From an uncultured virus (IMG/VR IMGVR_UViG_3300010885_046520) (lineage: Duplodnaviria; Heunggongvirae; Uroviricota; Caudoviricetes): DNA of 64,000 nt. Each line of letters begins with the position of its first letter. Position 1 is the stretch's first letter. The notes under the pieces are model-generated. The model saw nothing but the letters and a program-made list of their open reading frames with translations. It was not told where the DNA came from and searched no databases. The DNA is taken from positions 1-64,000 of IMG/VR virus record IMGVR_UViG_3300010885_046520; one strand, given 5' to 3'. Both the position numbers and the translations under genes were made by a program. This document shows positions 28,650 to 40,600 of this stretch, one piece after another.

Positions 28650-30296
28650 TTAATCTGTTATGCACCTTACCCATTCCCATCCTTTAATTTTCGTGAATCT
28701 TCCTTCGGTGGGATTCCAAGTTGAACTATCCTGCTTGATATAAGATTTTACACCGCCGTTGATTGGATTAGATGACATATTCCCCGGATTAAAAGCTTCA
28801 ACTGCTCCTGTAACAGCATTATAATGTTCTACTGGAAATGTTAGATTTTTTAATCCTGTTGGCCTAGGAAATATCGCTTCAAAAGTAACATTTCTAGTAG
28901 CAGCAGTAACTGTTCCCAAGTCTTGTAAAATAGGACCAAGTTTACGACCAAGAACAAAAATAGAAGCAATAATAGGAACAGCAGAAGTATCTTCTATAGT
29001 TAATGTTTCGCTAATTGAACCTGGAATTAAATTAATTGGTCTATTGTTAAAAACCCAATTATAAGTCACAGTACCTTCTGATGGATTAAAACCTTCTTGA
29101 ATACTATATGGAATGGGATTCATTGCATTTTCATATCCATTTGATCGAGTTCTATCGTTTTTGAATGGGCCGTCTTTAAAAAGAGGAGAAAAAAAGCTAC
29201 GATCTCCAGTATTGGCAAAACTATTTACTCTATTCATTATTTCAGGCTTAATACCACTATATCCACTAATAGCAGCAATAAATTTACTATTGTATATTCT
29301 AGTGTCTTTAGTATCTTTGTTATGAAGTTCGGCCAACGAACCACTTAAAGATCCACTAATATATGGTACTTTATCTTTGTTGTATATGTTTCCACTTTGA
29401 AAAGGTTCTAATCCTTTAACTGTGCCTTGAATAGTAACTGTTCTTAACATGGTATTATCTAGAGTATTCTCCACAGAGAAAGTTTCTATATACCCCATTT
29501 TATCATCAGGCATACCCAGCCAAGTATCTGTAACTTTATAAGAACCTTCAGTATCACTAGTATTAACACTTCTAACAAAATTATACAGATATAAGCCCTG
29601 ATCAATAACTCCTGTATATTTGGGGATTCCAGTAAGATGAACATTAACCCAGTATTTTGCATTTTGAACGGCACTTGTTCCTACTCCACTACCTGTTGGT
29701 ATAAATTTACCAACTGCCCCTAATACTCTGGTAATACGATATAGTGGATATATTGAACCGGCACCATATGTTATCTTTCCAAAACCCAAAGAACCAATAT
29801 CTAATGGAGATTTAGCAAAATTATACTCATCAATAGTTTCTATAGTATAATCATCTTGCGTACTACTAACATAGTATATGTTATTTCCTGTATCTACAAC
29901 TTCTGATTGTAATTCTATACTATAGTTTATTGTAGTTGTCCAATTATCCTCTGTTTTATCAGCAGCATATTTAGTAATTTTAATTCCAGAATATACTATA
30001 TTATCCTTAGTAGAATTATCATTCTCTCCACAACCGATAGTTAAATTTTGTCCATCTGAAGAAAAAATCTTTTTCAATCCACTTTCCAAAGTTAGTAAAC
30101 CAGAAAAACCAGAATTCCCGCCGCTAATAGCAGAATAGATTTTCCCCTCTAAATTAATAGTAACAGTAGCTCCAACAGGTCTCCCACCACCATCTCTTTG
30201 TTGTTCTTTAGAGATACTTATTACTGGAACAGGATATCCGCTGGCTCCTTTAAAGCTAAAGGTTCCATATTTTATATATGCTGATGTTGCTGCCAT
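28650..30296 (-). CDS. putative distal tail/structural protein
   Basis: Beta-rich 548-aa protein with repeated T-I-x-L/Q-E/G-x-I/V segments, located in the tail block. Confidence 0.55.
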   Translation of the reverse strand: MAATSAYIKYGTFSFKGASGYPVPVISISKEQQRDGGGRPVGATVTINLEGKIYSAISGGNSGFSGLLTLESGLKKIFSSDGQNLTIGCGENDNSTKDNIVYSGIKITKYAADKTEDNWTTTINYSIELQSEVVDTGNNIYYVSSTQDDYTIETIDEYNFAKSPLDIGSLGFGKITYGAGSIYPLYRITRVLGAVGKFIPTGSGVGTSAVQNAKYWVNVHLTGIPKYTGVIDQGLYLYNFVRSVNTSDTEGSYKVTDTWLGMPDDKMGYIETFSVENTLDNTMLRTVTIQGTVKGLEPFQSGNIYNKDKVPYISGSLSGSLAELHNKDTKDTRIYNSKFIAAISGYSGIKPEIMNRVNSFANTGDRSFFSPLFKDGPFKNDRTRSNGYENAMNPIPYSIQEGFNPSEGTVTYNWVFNNRPINLIPGSISETLTIEDTSAVPIIASIFVLGRKLGPILQDLGTVTAATRNVTFEAIFPRPTGLKNLTFPVEHYNAVTGAVEAFNPGNMSSNPINGGVKSYIKQDSSTWNPTEGRFTKIKGWEWVRCITD

Positions 30297-30317
30297 AAAT
30301 TATCCTTAAATTTATTC

Positions 30318-33300
30318 CTAGTTCAAATACAATGGATCAGCACCATAATGATTGAGCTGATTGATTCTTGCTGTGGCTGACCATATTGCAGTATATCCTG
30401 TGGAACCACTAGCAACAATACTCAGTCTAGAGGGATTAGATGCAACTATTTGAGTGCTCAATGACATTCCAGCAGGCATACTATCTCCATAAGTTCTTAC
30501 GCTTTCTGTGCCAAGCTTAGAAAATCTAAGACCACTCACTGTTCTAATTAGAGCCCCTTCAATAAATATACCAGCCCCATATCTAGTCCCATAAGTATTT
30601 TGAGCTATTGTAGTCCCAGATTGCCACATAACAGAAACATCTATTTGATATGCCCAAACTCTATCGTATTCATAATTTTGAGATCCAGAAAAAGCATCCA
30701 AATTGATACAGTTGGTTGAGGTTTCTGTTGTAGAAACTGTGCTTCCAGTTTGTGGTTTTGTCCAATCATTTACTAATGGTCTTACTTGACCACCATCTGT
30801 TGTACGAGTTCTTAAATAGTATTGAGCAAACTGGGATGATCCGTTGTATTTTTCTTCACTAACCTTCAGAGATCCTCCAGCAAAAACATGATTATGTGTT
30901 GTGCGAGTTACTTGTGCTTTATAACCAAATTCTATACCAGCAATAGTACCAGGATCATTAGCTGTTGTGTTTTGATAAACTCTTAAACCACTAGATCCTA
31001 CCCATGCATCTCCACGATAAACTAACATGCTTCCATCAGTCATGTTGGTGCCATCAACAAATTTATTAGTTAAACCAATATCTACTCTGTATGATGAATT
31101 ACCTTGTGAAGTGTAGGTTATATTTGCTGGATATATTCCAGAAAACTGTGTTTTCAAATCTATATCGCTAAAGCTCAAATTCCCATACTGGTCAGTTTTT
31201 AAATAATATCCAGAGACGGTTGCTCCCACACCAAGTTTCAAACTATTAAACCAAGCTGTACCATTAGCATATAATACCACTCCACTGCTATTAGCATTAG
31301 AAATATTATTAGATGAAGCATTGATCATCACTGATCCAGTTGGACTAATATGAAAACCATTTCTATTGCTCCAAGAACCAGAATTAATAACCGAAAATTT
31401 ATTACCTAAGCCACGGTTATTAAATACTGTATCATAATTATCGTTAGAGCTTAGTACGATATTATAAAAGCTATCTGGATTATTAACTAGAACATCATTA
31501 GTAAAGACTCCAGTAGCTCCCAGAGCTAAAATTTGTTGAGAATTGATCCATTTGATGCTGGCATTTCCTGTAGCTAATGAGCCTTCATTTGCAAAAATAA
31601 CACTATTAGGTCTTGTTGTAGTAGAGTTTAATCGTCCACTATTATTAACATATAAGAATGTTCCAGTAAGACTAGGAGATAGATTGATTCCACTACTGAT
31701 TGTTAAATTATTAAATGTGCCAGAATTACCACTAACATTATAAAAATCGATTCTTTGATTACCAAAATTAGTATCTAATAATACTTTAGCAAATTCAACA
31801 CCACCACTACCTCTTATTCTGAATCTGTATGTGGATGCTTCATCATTAACAAATACCCCGGTAGAAGCAATATAAAAACCATTATCTCCCCCCAAATTAA
31901 AATTCATTTGTTTGGTACTAGGACTGTACAATATCTCAGAAATGCCACTAGCAACCTTATCACTTACTCTATACAATAATCCATTATCCGTACCAGAAAT
32001 TCTAACAGGCAACTGCCATGTTCCAACGCCGTTAGTATTAGTTGTTAATACATAAGCGTCTGGAGCAGAAAAACCCACTCTAATTCCGGATGTTGTTGTT
32101 GTTCCACTTACTGATAACTCTGATGTTGGACTATTTGTATTAATACCTACTCTATTATTATTTAAAGAAACATTCAAAACACTAGTATTATCATTACTAG
32201 ACTTAATAATAAAGTTATCTTGTATAGCACCAGAATTGAAGACAACCTTATCATTATCTAATAACATCTTATTAGAATTATTAGTGCCCATATAAAGAGT
32301 ATTATCTGCAACACCACTAATACCGTATCCTAGCACCACATTACGAACACCAGAAACATTATTATTATAACCAACAACAACACCACTACTATACAAATAT
32401 CTATTATTAGTGCCAATAACTATATTATTAGAACCATAGATTGGATTCGTTTCAGTACCACCAGCCCCACCCATTCGTTGATATGGCATTACTAAACCAC
32501 TAATTACGGATGTATTGGGACTATTATTATCATCAAAAGCAGTATTGATAGAATAATATCCATTAGTAGTATCAACAGACATTGGTGAACCAATAGATAT
32601 GGTAGTGGTTTCATCAATAGTATTTTCTGTTACATTAACAATATCTCTAATGAAAGTATTTGAAACAGATGGTGAGCTTTGAACGTAAAATAAAATCTTA
32701 TCACCGGCTATATATTGTGACAATAATCCACGGGTGGGAATTGTTATATTGAGTCCAGCACTATCTAAAGTACATTTGTCTCTGGTGGAACCTAAAGTAT
32801 TATTACGACCATATACTATATTATTGATACCGTGTAAATTATTTGATGTTCCAATAATGATTCCACTTGATACTGCCTGATTATATCCTAATACAATATT
32901 TCCACTACCAAAAACATCCATTTTATTATTTGTGGTGTTAAAAACTATAGACTCTTGACCAACAGCTAGTATCTTAGATCCAACAGCACCTAATTGATCA
33001 CCGACCAAGAAATTAGAATTGCCAATTGCATAAGCGTTGGAAGTATTTTTTAAGTTATTATAGGAACCAACAGAACTAATATTAGAACCAGAAGCAACAT
33101 TTTTATTACCCAAAATAACATTACTATTACCAGATAATACCAAATTATTAATACCAGCAACAATAGAATTATTAACTGTTCCAGCTGTTCTAGCAGGGTT
33201 ACCGCTAATGGCTCCATCTGAAGAGATATAAGCTCCAGTTTGATTATTCAGTATGCCTACAATTAAATTATTATTACTAATGGGTGGGACAGCATTAATG

Positions 33301-34646
33301 CTACCCAATACTAAATTGTTAGAGACAGTACCACTTAAATTATTAGTATTGCCAACAACTAAAGAACCATTGATATCCTTAAGAGTATTAGACTGACCAA
33401 TAAGTAATAGTTTGGATGGGGCTCCACTAGCAAAATTATTATTGATACCTAAAAGAATACTTTGATCCAGACCAGAGCTTGTAGAATTACCTAATCCAAT
33501 AACAATAGACTTGCTTGTATCTTGTAAATTAATATTATTGCCAACAAAAATACCACTAGAAATATTAGTTATATTTTGATCAGAACCAATACAGATAAGT
33601 TTGGTGCCGGTAATTACATCTGAACTGCCATATACTTTATTAGAGTTACCACTTAAACTAACTTTAGAACCAACTACGCTATTATCATTACCAAATATAG
33701 TATTAATATTACCAATATAAATATTGTTGTCGCCAGTATTACTTACATAAGAACCCAAAACAACACCAGATGCTCCAGAACCAACTCCAACTTGAACTAA
33801 TCCAACATTTGTAGAAACATTAAGATTGTTATTCCTTCCTAAAAGAATATTATAGTTACCAGTAATACTACTAGAATTACCAACAAAAATATTAGATAAC
33901 CCAGTTAAACTAACTGAGTCACCCAGAGCAGTATTATTTGAACCAATTAATCTAGAGTTATTTACTAGAGCAAAAACTTTGGCTCCATTAAAATAGTTTG
34001 AACTACCAACAACTATGCCAGTATTAGATATTCCTGTGTTACTTGAGCCGACAGTTGTTAATCCAACACCAGTTACAGAATTGCCAACACCTAAGACTGT
34101 GTATGTATAACCAGAAACGCTGTTGCCACCACCCAGCACAACATTTCTTAAATTAGCACTAAATACTGGTTTATTTGTTCCTTTATCGTCAACAGTGAAT
34201 AGTATTTCGCCACTAGTAGATCCCGTAATAGGATCTAAAATTTTGGACATTATTTGTCCGTAAACAATTTCGTTATAATTAGTGTCTCGTCCAGCCAAAT
34301 TAATAGTAGCTGGATAGCTGCCAGATAATGGAGCAGTTTGGGGGTTGTGTACTAATAGGAGGGTGACACCTGTGGGGCAATTTGTAATACTCTCAACAAT
34401 TAAGCCATCTTTAGCACATGGGGCGACCACATGCAAAACAGCATCTGGTAATCCTGTACCAATTCCTAGTCTGCCAGTTGAGGCATCAAAATGTACTAGT
34501 CCATTACCGGTACCACGAATGCTAAAATCAATATCTTGTTTGAGAGCATTAAAAGAGGTGCTAATACCAGAAGTTTCTGATAAGATAATTGATGGATTAA
34601 CGCCAGAACCAACATAGAGTGTGCCGGATACTGTTTGATTGCTCAT
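30318..34646 (-). CDS. tail fibre/adhesin with YadA-head-like beta-roll repeats
   Basis: Many ~14-aa repeats (N-x-[VI]-[LIV]-G-x-x-N) plus fibre motifs RLGIGTGLPDAVLHV and RVGINTNSPTSELSV. Confidence 0.7.
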   Translation of the reverse strand: MSNQTVSGTLYVGSGVNPSIILSETSGISTSFNALKQDIDFSIRGTGNGLVHFDASTGRLGIGTGLPDAVLHVVAPCAKDGLIVESITNCPTGVTLLLVHNPQTAPLSGSYPATINLAGRDTNYNEIVYGQIMSKILDPITGSTSGEILFTVDDKGTNKPVFSANLRNVVLGGGNSVSGYTYTVLGVGNSVTGVGLTTVGSSNTGISNTGIVVGSSNYFNGAKVFALVNNSRLIGSNNTALGDSVSLTGLSNIFVGNSSSITGNYNILLGRNNNLNVSTNVGLVQVGVGSGASGVVLGSYVSNTGDNNIYIGNINTIFGNDNSVVGSKVSLSGNSNKVYGSSDVITGTKLICIGSDQNITNISSGIFVGNNINLQDTSKSIVIGLGNSTSSGLDQSILLGINNNFASGAPSKLLLIGQSNTLKDINGSLVVGNTNNLSGTVSNNLVLGSINAVPPISNNNLIVGILNNQTGAYISSDGAISGNPARTAGTVNNSIVAGINNLVLSGNSNVILGNKNVASGSNISSVGSYNNLKNTSNAYAIGNSNFLVGDQLGAVGSKILAVGQESIVFNTTNNKMDVFGSGNIVLGYNQAVSSGIIIGTSNNLHGINNIVYGRNNTLGSTRDKCTLDSAGLNITIPTRGLLSQYIAGDKILFYVQSSPSVSNTFIRDIVNVTENTIDETTTISIGSPMSVDTTNGYYSINTAFDDNNSPNTSVISGLVMPYQRMGGAGGTETNPIYGSNNIVIGTNNRYLYSSGVVVGYNNNVSGVRNVVLGYGISGVADNTLYMGTNNSNKMLLDNDKVVFNSGAIQDNFIIKSSNDNTSVLNVSLNNNRVGINTNSPTSELSVSGTTTTSGIRVGFSAPDAYVLTTNTNGVGTWQLPVRISGTDNGLLYRVSDKVASGISEILYSPSTKQMNFNLGGDNGFYIASTGVFVNDEASTYRFRIRGSGGVEFAKVLLDTNFGNQRIDFYNVSGNSGTFNNLTISSGINLSPSLTGTFLYVNNSGRLNSTTTRPNSVIFANEGSLATGNASIKWINSQQILALGATGVFTNDVLVNNPDSFYNIVLSSNDNYDTVFNNRGLGNKFSVINSGSWSNRNGFHISPTGSVMINASSNNISNANSSGVVLYANGTAWFNSLKLGVGATVSGYYLKTDQYGNLSFSDIDLKTQFSGIYPANITYTSQGNSSYRVDIGLTNKFVDGTNMTDGSMLVYRGDAWVGSSGLRVYQNTTANDPGTIAGIEFGYKAQVTRTTHNHVFAGGSLKVSEEKYNGSSQFAQYYLRTRTTDGGQVRPLVNDWTKPQTGSTVSTTETSTNCINLDAFSGSQNYEYDRVWAYQIDVSVMWQSGTTIAQNTYGTRYGAGIFIEGALIRTVSGLRFSKLGTESVRTYGDSMPAGMSLSTQIVASNPSRLSIVASGSTGYTAIWSATARINQLNHYGADPLYLN

Positions 34647-34658
34647 TATAATTACCCC

Positions 34659-37600
34659 TTATACTTGGAGTACTCCTTCTGTTTTCATTGCTAGTTTGTT
34701 CATGGCTCCGTTAACTTGATCTAGGATCATTCTCTGAATAGGTTCTTGCATATTAGCAAATACTGATGCTCCATTAATAACAACTTCTACTCTGTGTGTA
34801 CCTTGTAGATTAACTTGTTCTGGTATTTTAATCTGTTCAAGTTGACCAATAAATCTATTGAAAGTGCTGGTAAACTGGCTTAATCCGTCTAATTGACCTC
34901 TGCTATTATTATTTACACCACCACCGACTGGAGTTGCCCCCATGCTTTGAATCATGTTTTCTAAAGCCATACCAAATTGGGTTAATACTTGATTACTTCC
35001 AGTTAATAAAGTTCCAAATATCGCTAATTGTTTATCAACATCTCCAGCATGTTGAGGATCAAAAGCTGCTTGAGCAGCCATATTTACTCTTTGGCTCATT
35101 TGGGGATTCATCTGTTGATTACCCTGAGTAAACATTGCCTGATTTTGTTGTTGGTTCTGTTGGTTTGTCTGATTCCCTTGAGGAGGAGCTTGTTGAATCT
35201 GTCTTGGTATTCCTCTATATTTATATTCTTCAGCTTTATTTATTTGTGCTTCTTTTACTCTCTCGCCCAATGCTTTTCTTTCAGCTTCTATACTATCTCT
35301 AGTCTGTTTTCTCTCTGCTTCTATTGCTGCTAGTCTTAGTTGATCTAATTGTCTTCTTTCATCTCTGTCTTGTGTATATTTTCGTTTTTTAGGAGTTTCT
35401 CCACCTGACTCTAAGTATACTACTCCACCACTAGAAAATCCTTGGGCTCCACTATTAATACTCTTTAACAGAGGTAGATTTTGCTGAGTGGCCTGACGAT
35501 TAACAACAAACTCTCCTGGGGTCAACATTGCTGGTACAGTGTCTGTGCCTCTTGGCTGATAAGGAATCAACATTCCATTATTAGCATAAACCACCCCACC
35601 TCTAGCCTTAGCTAATACATCAATATTACTAGGAGCTAAATTGTCTGAACCAATATATTTAATAGCTGATCCAGGTGGCATAGTTTCAAAAAATCCTTCT
35701 CTAAATTTTTGAAGCATCTCTGGATTTCTTTTTCCTATAAACTTCATAATTTGGGATAGAACTTCACCATCTCTTGTTACTGCATCTGTACTATCATATA
35801 TTGCTCGTCTGCTTGGTAGTCTAGTCTGCTGTTGCATTAGCCAACTATCTGCAAGACCTCCCCCTCCACTATTTGGACTAGCAAATGTTTGTGTTTGAAT
35901 ACCTCTTAAGGTTTTACCAGATGGATCTTGTAATTCTAGTTTCTTTAATAACGGGGAATATTTCATATCAGATAATACTGATTGTACTTGGTCAAAATTA
36001 TCATGTAACCAACGAGCCACATAAGATTTATTTAGCTCATAATCAAGATCAAATCTTGATGGGTCTAATGTTTCATCAAATTTAACAATCATGGGTTTAC
36101 CACGAGTATCTGCTCCTGTAAGTGTTCCTTGCATAATAGATCTGGCGTGTTTTTCAGCTGCTTCCCTACTAGTGTAGGTGTACAAGCCTTGACCTTGTCC
36201 GTACCCCTTTGCAATACTACTTTTACCACCTTCTTTTTGAAAACTTTTTAAAATAGAGTCTTCTAAGCCAGTATTACTAGCATGAAAAAGAGGTACAGTT
36301 TTAGAAGCTTTGGGCACATCTAATGGCGCACTAGATTTAGTAATAGGAGTTTTTGCTCCTCTGATACTTTGTCTTGAACCAGCGTTGGTTGTTGTAGCAC
36401 CTCCAGCCACAGCTGCTTCAGCAATATCAGTAAACATATTCCAAGCTGCACCAGCTCTTTCTAAAAAAGAAGCTCCTAATAATCCTGGTCCTGCTGGTGG
36501 ACCATAAGCACTAATTTCTCCTGTTGGAGTATGCCACTGTCTCCCACTATTATCTGTAGTTATTTTTGCTCGTTGTGTTTGTAATTTTGCCTGTTGATTA
36601 GCAAAGTCTAATTCTCCTTGGGTTGGAGTCATTTCTGGCATATAGTTCTGATTTTGTTGACCTAGTCTTGGATCCATTAATCGTGATCCTGGAACCAACA
36701 CACCATTTTGAGCATAAACTATGCCACCCTGAGATTTAAATTGACCAAATGCTTTTGCTTTAGAGGATGGTATTGGTGTGACAGGTGTTGGGCTTACGGG
36801 CTTAACTAAATCGCCATAGCCTTGTTGCTCAATTTCATATGAGGTTGTTGGTCTTCTAATATAGTCTTCACCAACACCAGACTCAACTCTAGTAGTATCT
36901 GTTATAAGACTTGGTTTCTTAGTATAACCATTTTCTCCAGCACTAATATCAGGATGTTTTTCTAATTTTTTCCATAATTTTTTAGCATCTGGAGTTTGAC
37001 TATCGTCAGGTATTACAGAACCACCTATTTTAGTGATATACTCTATAATAGCATGATATAAACTTTCTCCATATCCTTTTTTGGCTAATGATGTTTCTAT
37101 TTTAAATGTTTTTTGATTATCTATCGGTTTTGCAGAAACTCTTCCCCATCCTTGGTTAGCGGATCCAGTTTTTGGATCTTCATAAAAAGCAATTATCTCT
37201 CTTGCATCTTCTCCAAATACTTCTGAATTAAACTTGTCTGCATTTGTATTATCGTATGGACTTAGAATGCGAATTTTATTACTTGCTGGAGCTCCAGGAA
37301 CATCTGGAGTTTGTGGTTTATTTTGTTGAGCAAGGAGAGACTGTTGGAGCTTGATCATAACTTTTTGTTTAGCATCTTCTAATACTCCACGAGCTGTTTC
37401 TATTAAGAATCCACCTCTAGATTGTGCTAGTTTTGGATCAGTATCTGCTTGAGTTAAATTAAAATTAGTATGTCTAGACAAAAATTCAGCAGCAGCAGAC
37501 TCGCTTTCAGGTTGATAGAAATTACCAGTTCCTTCGACTTTAGCACCATATGTGCCTCCAACTTTTTGTTCAGCAGTACCAATTAAACCTCTATCTTTGT

Positions 37601-40600
37601 ATCGGGAGGCATTCATTTCATCTACTGGTCCAAGATTAACACGTTCAAATTTACCCATTTCTGAACGAAAATTACTTAATAGTACTTCTTTTAATGCTGT
37701 TTGTATATTTTCTCTACCAATAGTATCTCTAACCCCCATACGACCAACAGGCTGTTGCGCAACACCAGGGGCTTTTGCTCCTATTCCGGTAATGCCAATC
37801 TCTTGATCTCCAAACAATAAATTAGTACGATTAAATGTTTTTGGTAATTCACCAGATGTTCCAGTTAGTTGATATAATGTTTCAACTAAACTATCAAAAA
37901 CTGGTTGAGGATATTGAATAAGTCTCTGTATCGAATCAATATCAAAATCTTTTGTTTCAATAAATTTAGAAAAAGTTGGTTTAGCTTGAGGTTTTATAAA
38001 AGAGCTTGCACCTGTTATTTTATTAGTATCAACTGTTCTGTTGGAAGCAAAGTCATATTCTGATGAATTCTTAGCCGAAGTATATGCTGCATCTAATGTT
38101 TGTTGATGACTTCGTACTCTGTAGCTAGCAATTTCATCTGCTCTTTCTTCTAAGCTTCTATAGACAGGTAAACCCTGCTGGTTTCTTGATTTAGTATCTG
38201 GTCTAAGAGTACCCTCTTTTTCTTGTTTTTGATATTCTGCAAGTTGTTCTTTGGCCCATTGAGTTTTTAGTTTCTCTAATCTTTTGAATTCAATATCTCT
38301 AGCATCTTTTAGAGATTTTTGATATTCTGCCAATGTTCGACTTTGAGACATAGTTTTACTTGGATCAAATACTTGCGCCGTAGCTTGTGTGTCAGTTGAG
38401 GTAAGACCAGTTCCTTTTACTCCTCCAGCTTTTGGATTAGCAGCGCCGCGAGTGCCCAAATCTTCAAAACCCAAAGGAGCTCTTTCTGGTCGTGGGGCTG
38501 GTAATACTACTGGTTGTTTAAGCAGAGGGGTTTTTGCTCTTGGTACTCTTGTTTGTGGTGATGGTTTAGGTCCTGCTCCGGGTAAACCAAAAAGAAAACT
38601 TCCTACAATATCACTAAACATATTCATTCTCTCATGGAATGGAGCACCCAATGGCCCTGGTCCTGGTGGTGGTCCATAAGCACTTATAACACCTTCTGGA
38701 GCATTCCAATCAAATCCTTCAGCATCTCTATTTGCTACATGAGCTTGTTGTTGTCTACGTGCCCAATCTAATTCTCCTTGAGTTGGAGTCATTTCCGGCA
38801 TATCACTCTGATTTTGTTGGCCCAATCTTGGATCCATTATTCTTGGAACTAGCGTACCTTCATGAGCATAAATTATCCCACCCTTAGAATATGTGGTAGC
38901 ATTCGCATCTTCTGGATCAAAATCTTTAATCATCTTTTCAAGTCTATCACCCTTGACTCCCGGATAATTTTCTTTCATCCAAGTTCTAAAATTAACTGCT
39001 GGTGAACCACCAACAGCATCGGAATAATTACCATATTCATTCCAATACTGCCGGGAATTTCTCAACTGAGAGGATTCCTCAGGGTTACCCCAATTTTTTA
39101 AAATACTTGCTATTCTGGCTTCCTGTCTTGCTTTCTCTATTTGTTCTGGTGTTAGTTTAGCTTTATTACTCTGTTTGTCTTTTCTTTTGATACCTGCCAC
39201 TTGTTTTCTTCTTAACTTCTCATTTTCATAGTCTGCTTTTCTTTGTGCTCTTATATCTTCTAAACTAGGTTTATTTATTTGTCTACCATCTTGAGCATAA
39301 ACAACTCCACCATTAGAATAAAGTTCAGCCATTCTCATGGCCATCATAGTTTCATATTTATCCTTAAACATAGTATAAAAATCTAAATCTTCTGTTGCAA
39401 ATCCAGAATCTTCTGATCTATTTAATGAATTACGATTAGCTAAGAAATAGTGATATGCCTGTTCAACAGTTTTATATGGCACTGGTTTATTTGCAGACAC
39501 TAGTGCTTGTTGATGTCTTTTCATTATTTGTCTAACCGCTCCAAGCCTAGCATCAATTTCAAATGGCCTAGTTAAATATTCTGCTCTAGACATGCTTATA
39601 GGATTGTTTGGATACTTTGCATTATAAACTTGAACAGCCCAATCTAGATCTTCGTTTGTCATAAAAGTTTCAGATCGTTGCGATTCATCAGTACTTCCAA
39701 AAGCAGCATGTCTCATCTCGTGCATTAATAGTCCGTATGAGCCCTTTTTAGGATCAACATGAATTACTTCTTGTCCTTCTTTTCCCATTAAAGATCCACT
39801 AAATCTGGTGTCAAAAGGAGGCTGATAGTGAGTGCGTATTTTAGTATCTAATTTATGTCTTTCAACATAAGGAAAAGCTCTTCGATATTGTAAATGATCT
39901 AATTTCCCTAATGGTTGACTTTTAAGTTCTTCATCGTTGCTTATGGCAGCATTATATCCTTCTGCAACTGCTTTGTCTAATTCTGCTTTTGATCCGTAAG
40001 CTGGTGTTCTAGGACTAAATTTTGCTGGTAGTCCTTTGCCAAGAGCAACGTCTTCAAAAGATAAGTCTTGGGAAGGTATATGCTTGCCTTTTTCAGCATA
40101 AATTACACCTCCTTTGTCTTTATTAATAGCTTGTAATAATGGTAAATTTTGACTAGTTGCCTTAGCATTAACAACAAACTCACCAGGAGTTAGCATTGCT
40201 GGTACAGTATCCGTGCCTTTGGGCTGATAATTTATTAATTTACCAGCTGATGCATATACTATACCACCCTTACTAAATTGAGCACCTGCGCCACCCGGAT
40301 TAACCGGAAGATTACCTGCACCGGGAGGAGCACCGGGAAGAGGAGGACCATTTTGAGCACCAGCAGGAGGAGCAGGGGGTATCATAGGTGGAGCAGCTGC
40401 TAGAAGCAGCAATCTATCTAATTTAGCATCCATTCTGTTAGATAATGCAAAATGAGCAGTGGATAGTTCATAATGGGTTGAGTCTCTATCCATCATGTAT
40501 CCTAGACTATCAGAAGTCTGTGATAAATTTGTTTTATTCTGTTTCTTCAAATCATCAGTGTTTTTGAGTAATCTTTGCTCGGTAACATCTACCTTATCAA

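Noticed and set aside
40290..40410. GC-rich patch as a foreign insertion or structured RNA
   Set aside because: It is explained by a Pro/Ala/Gly-rich linker (APPMIPPAPPAGAQNGPPLPGAPPGAG) in the TMP frame.
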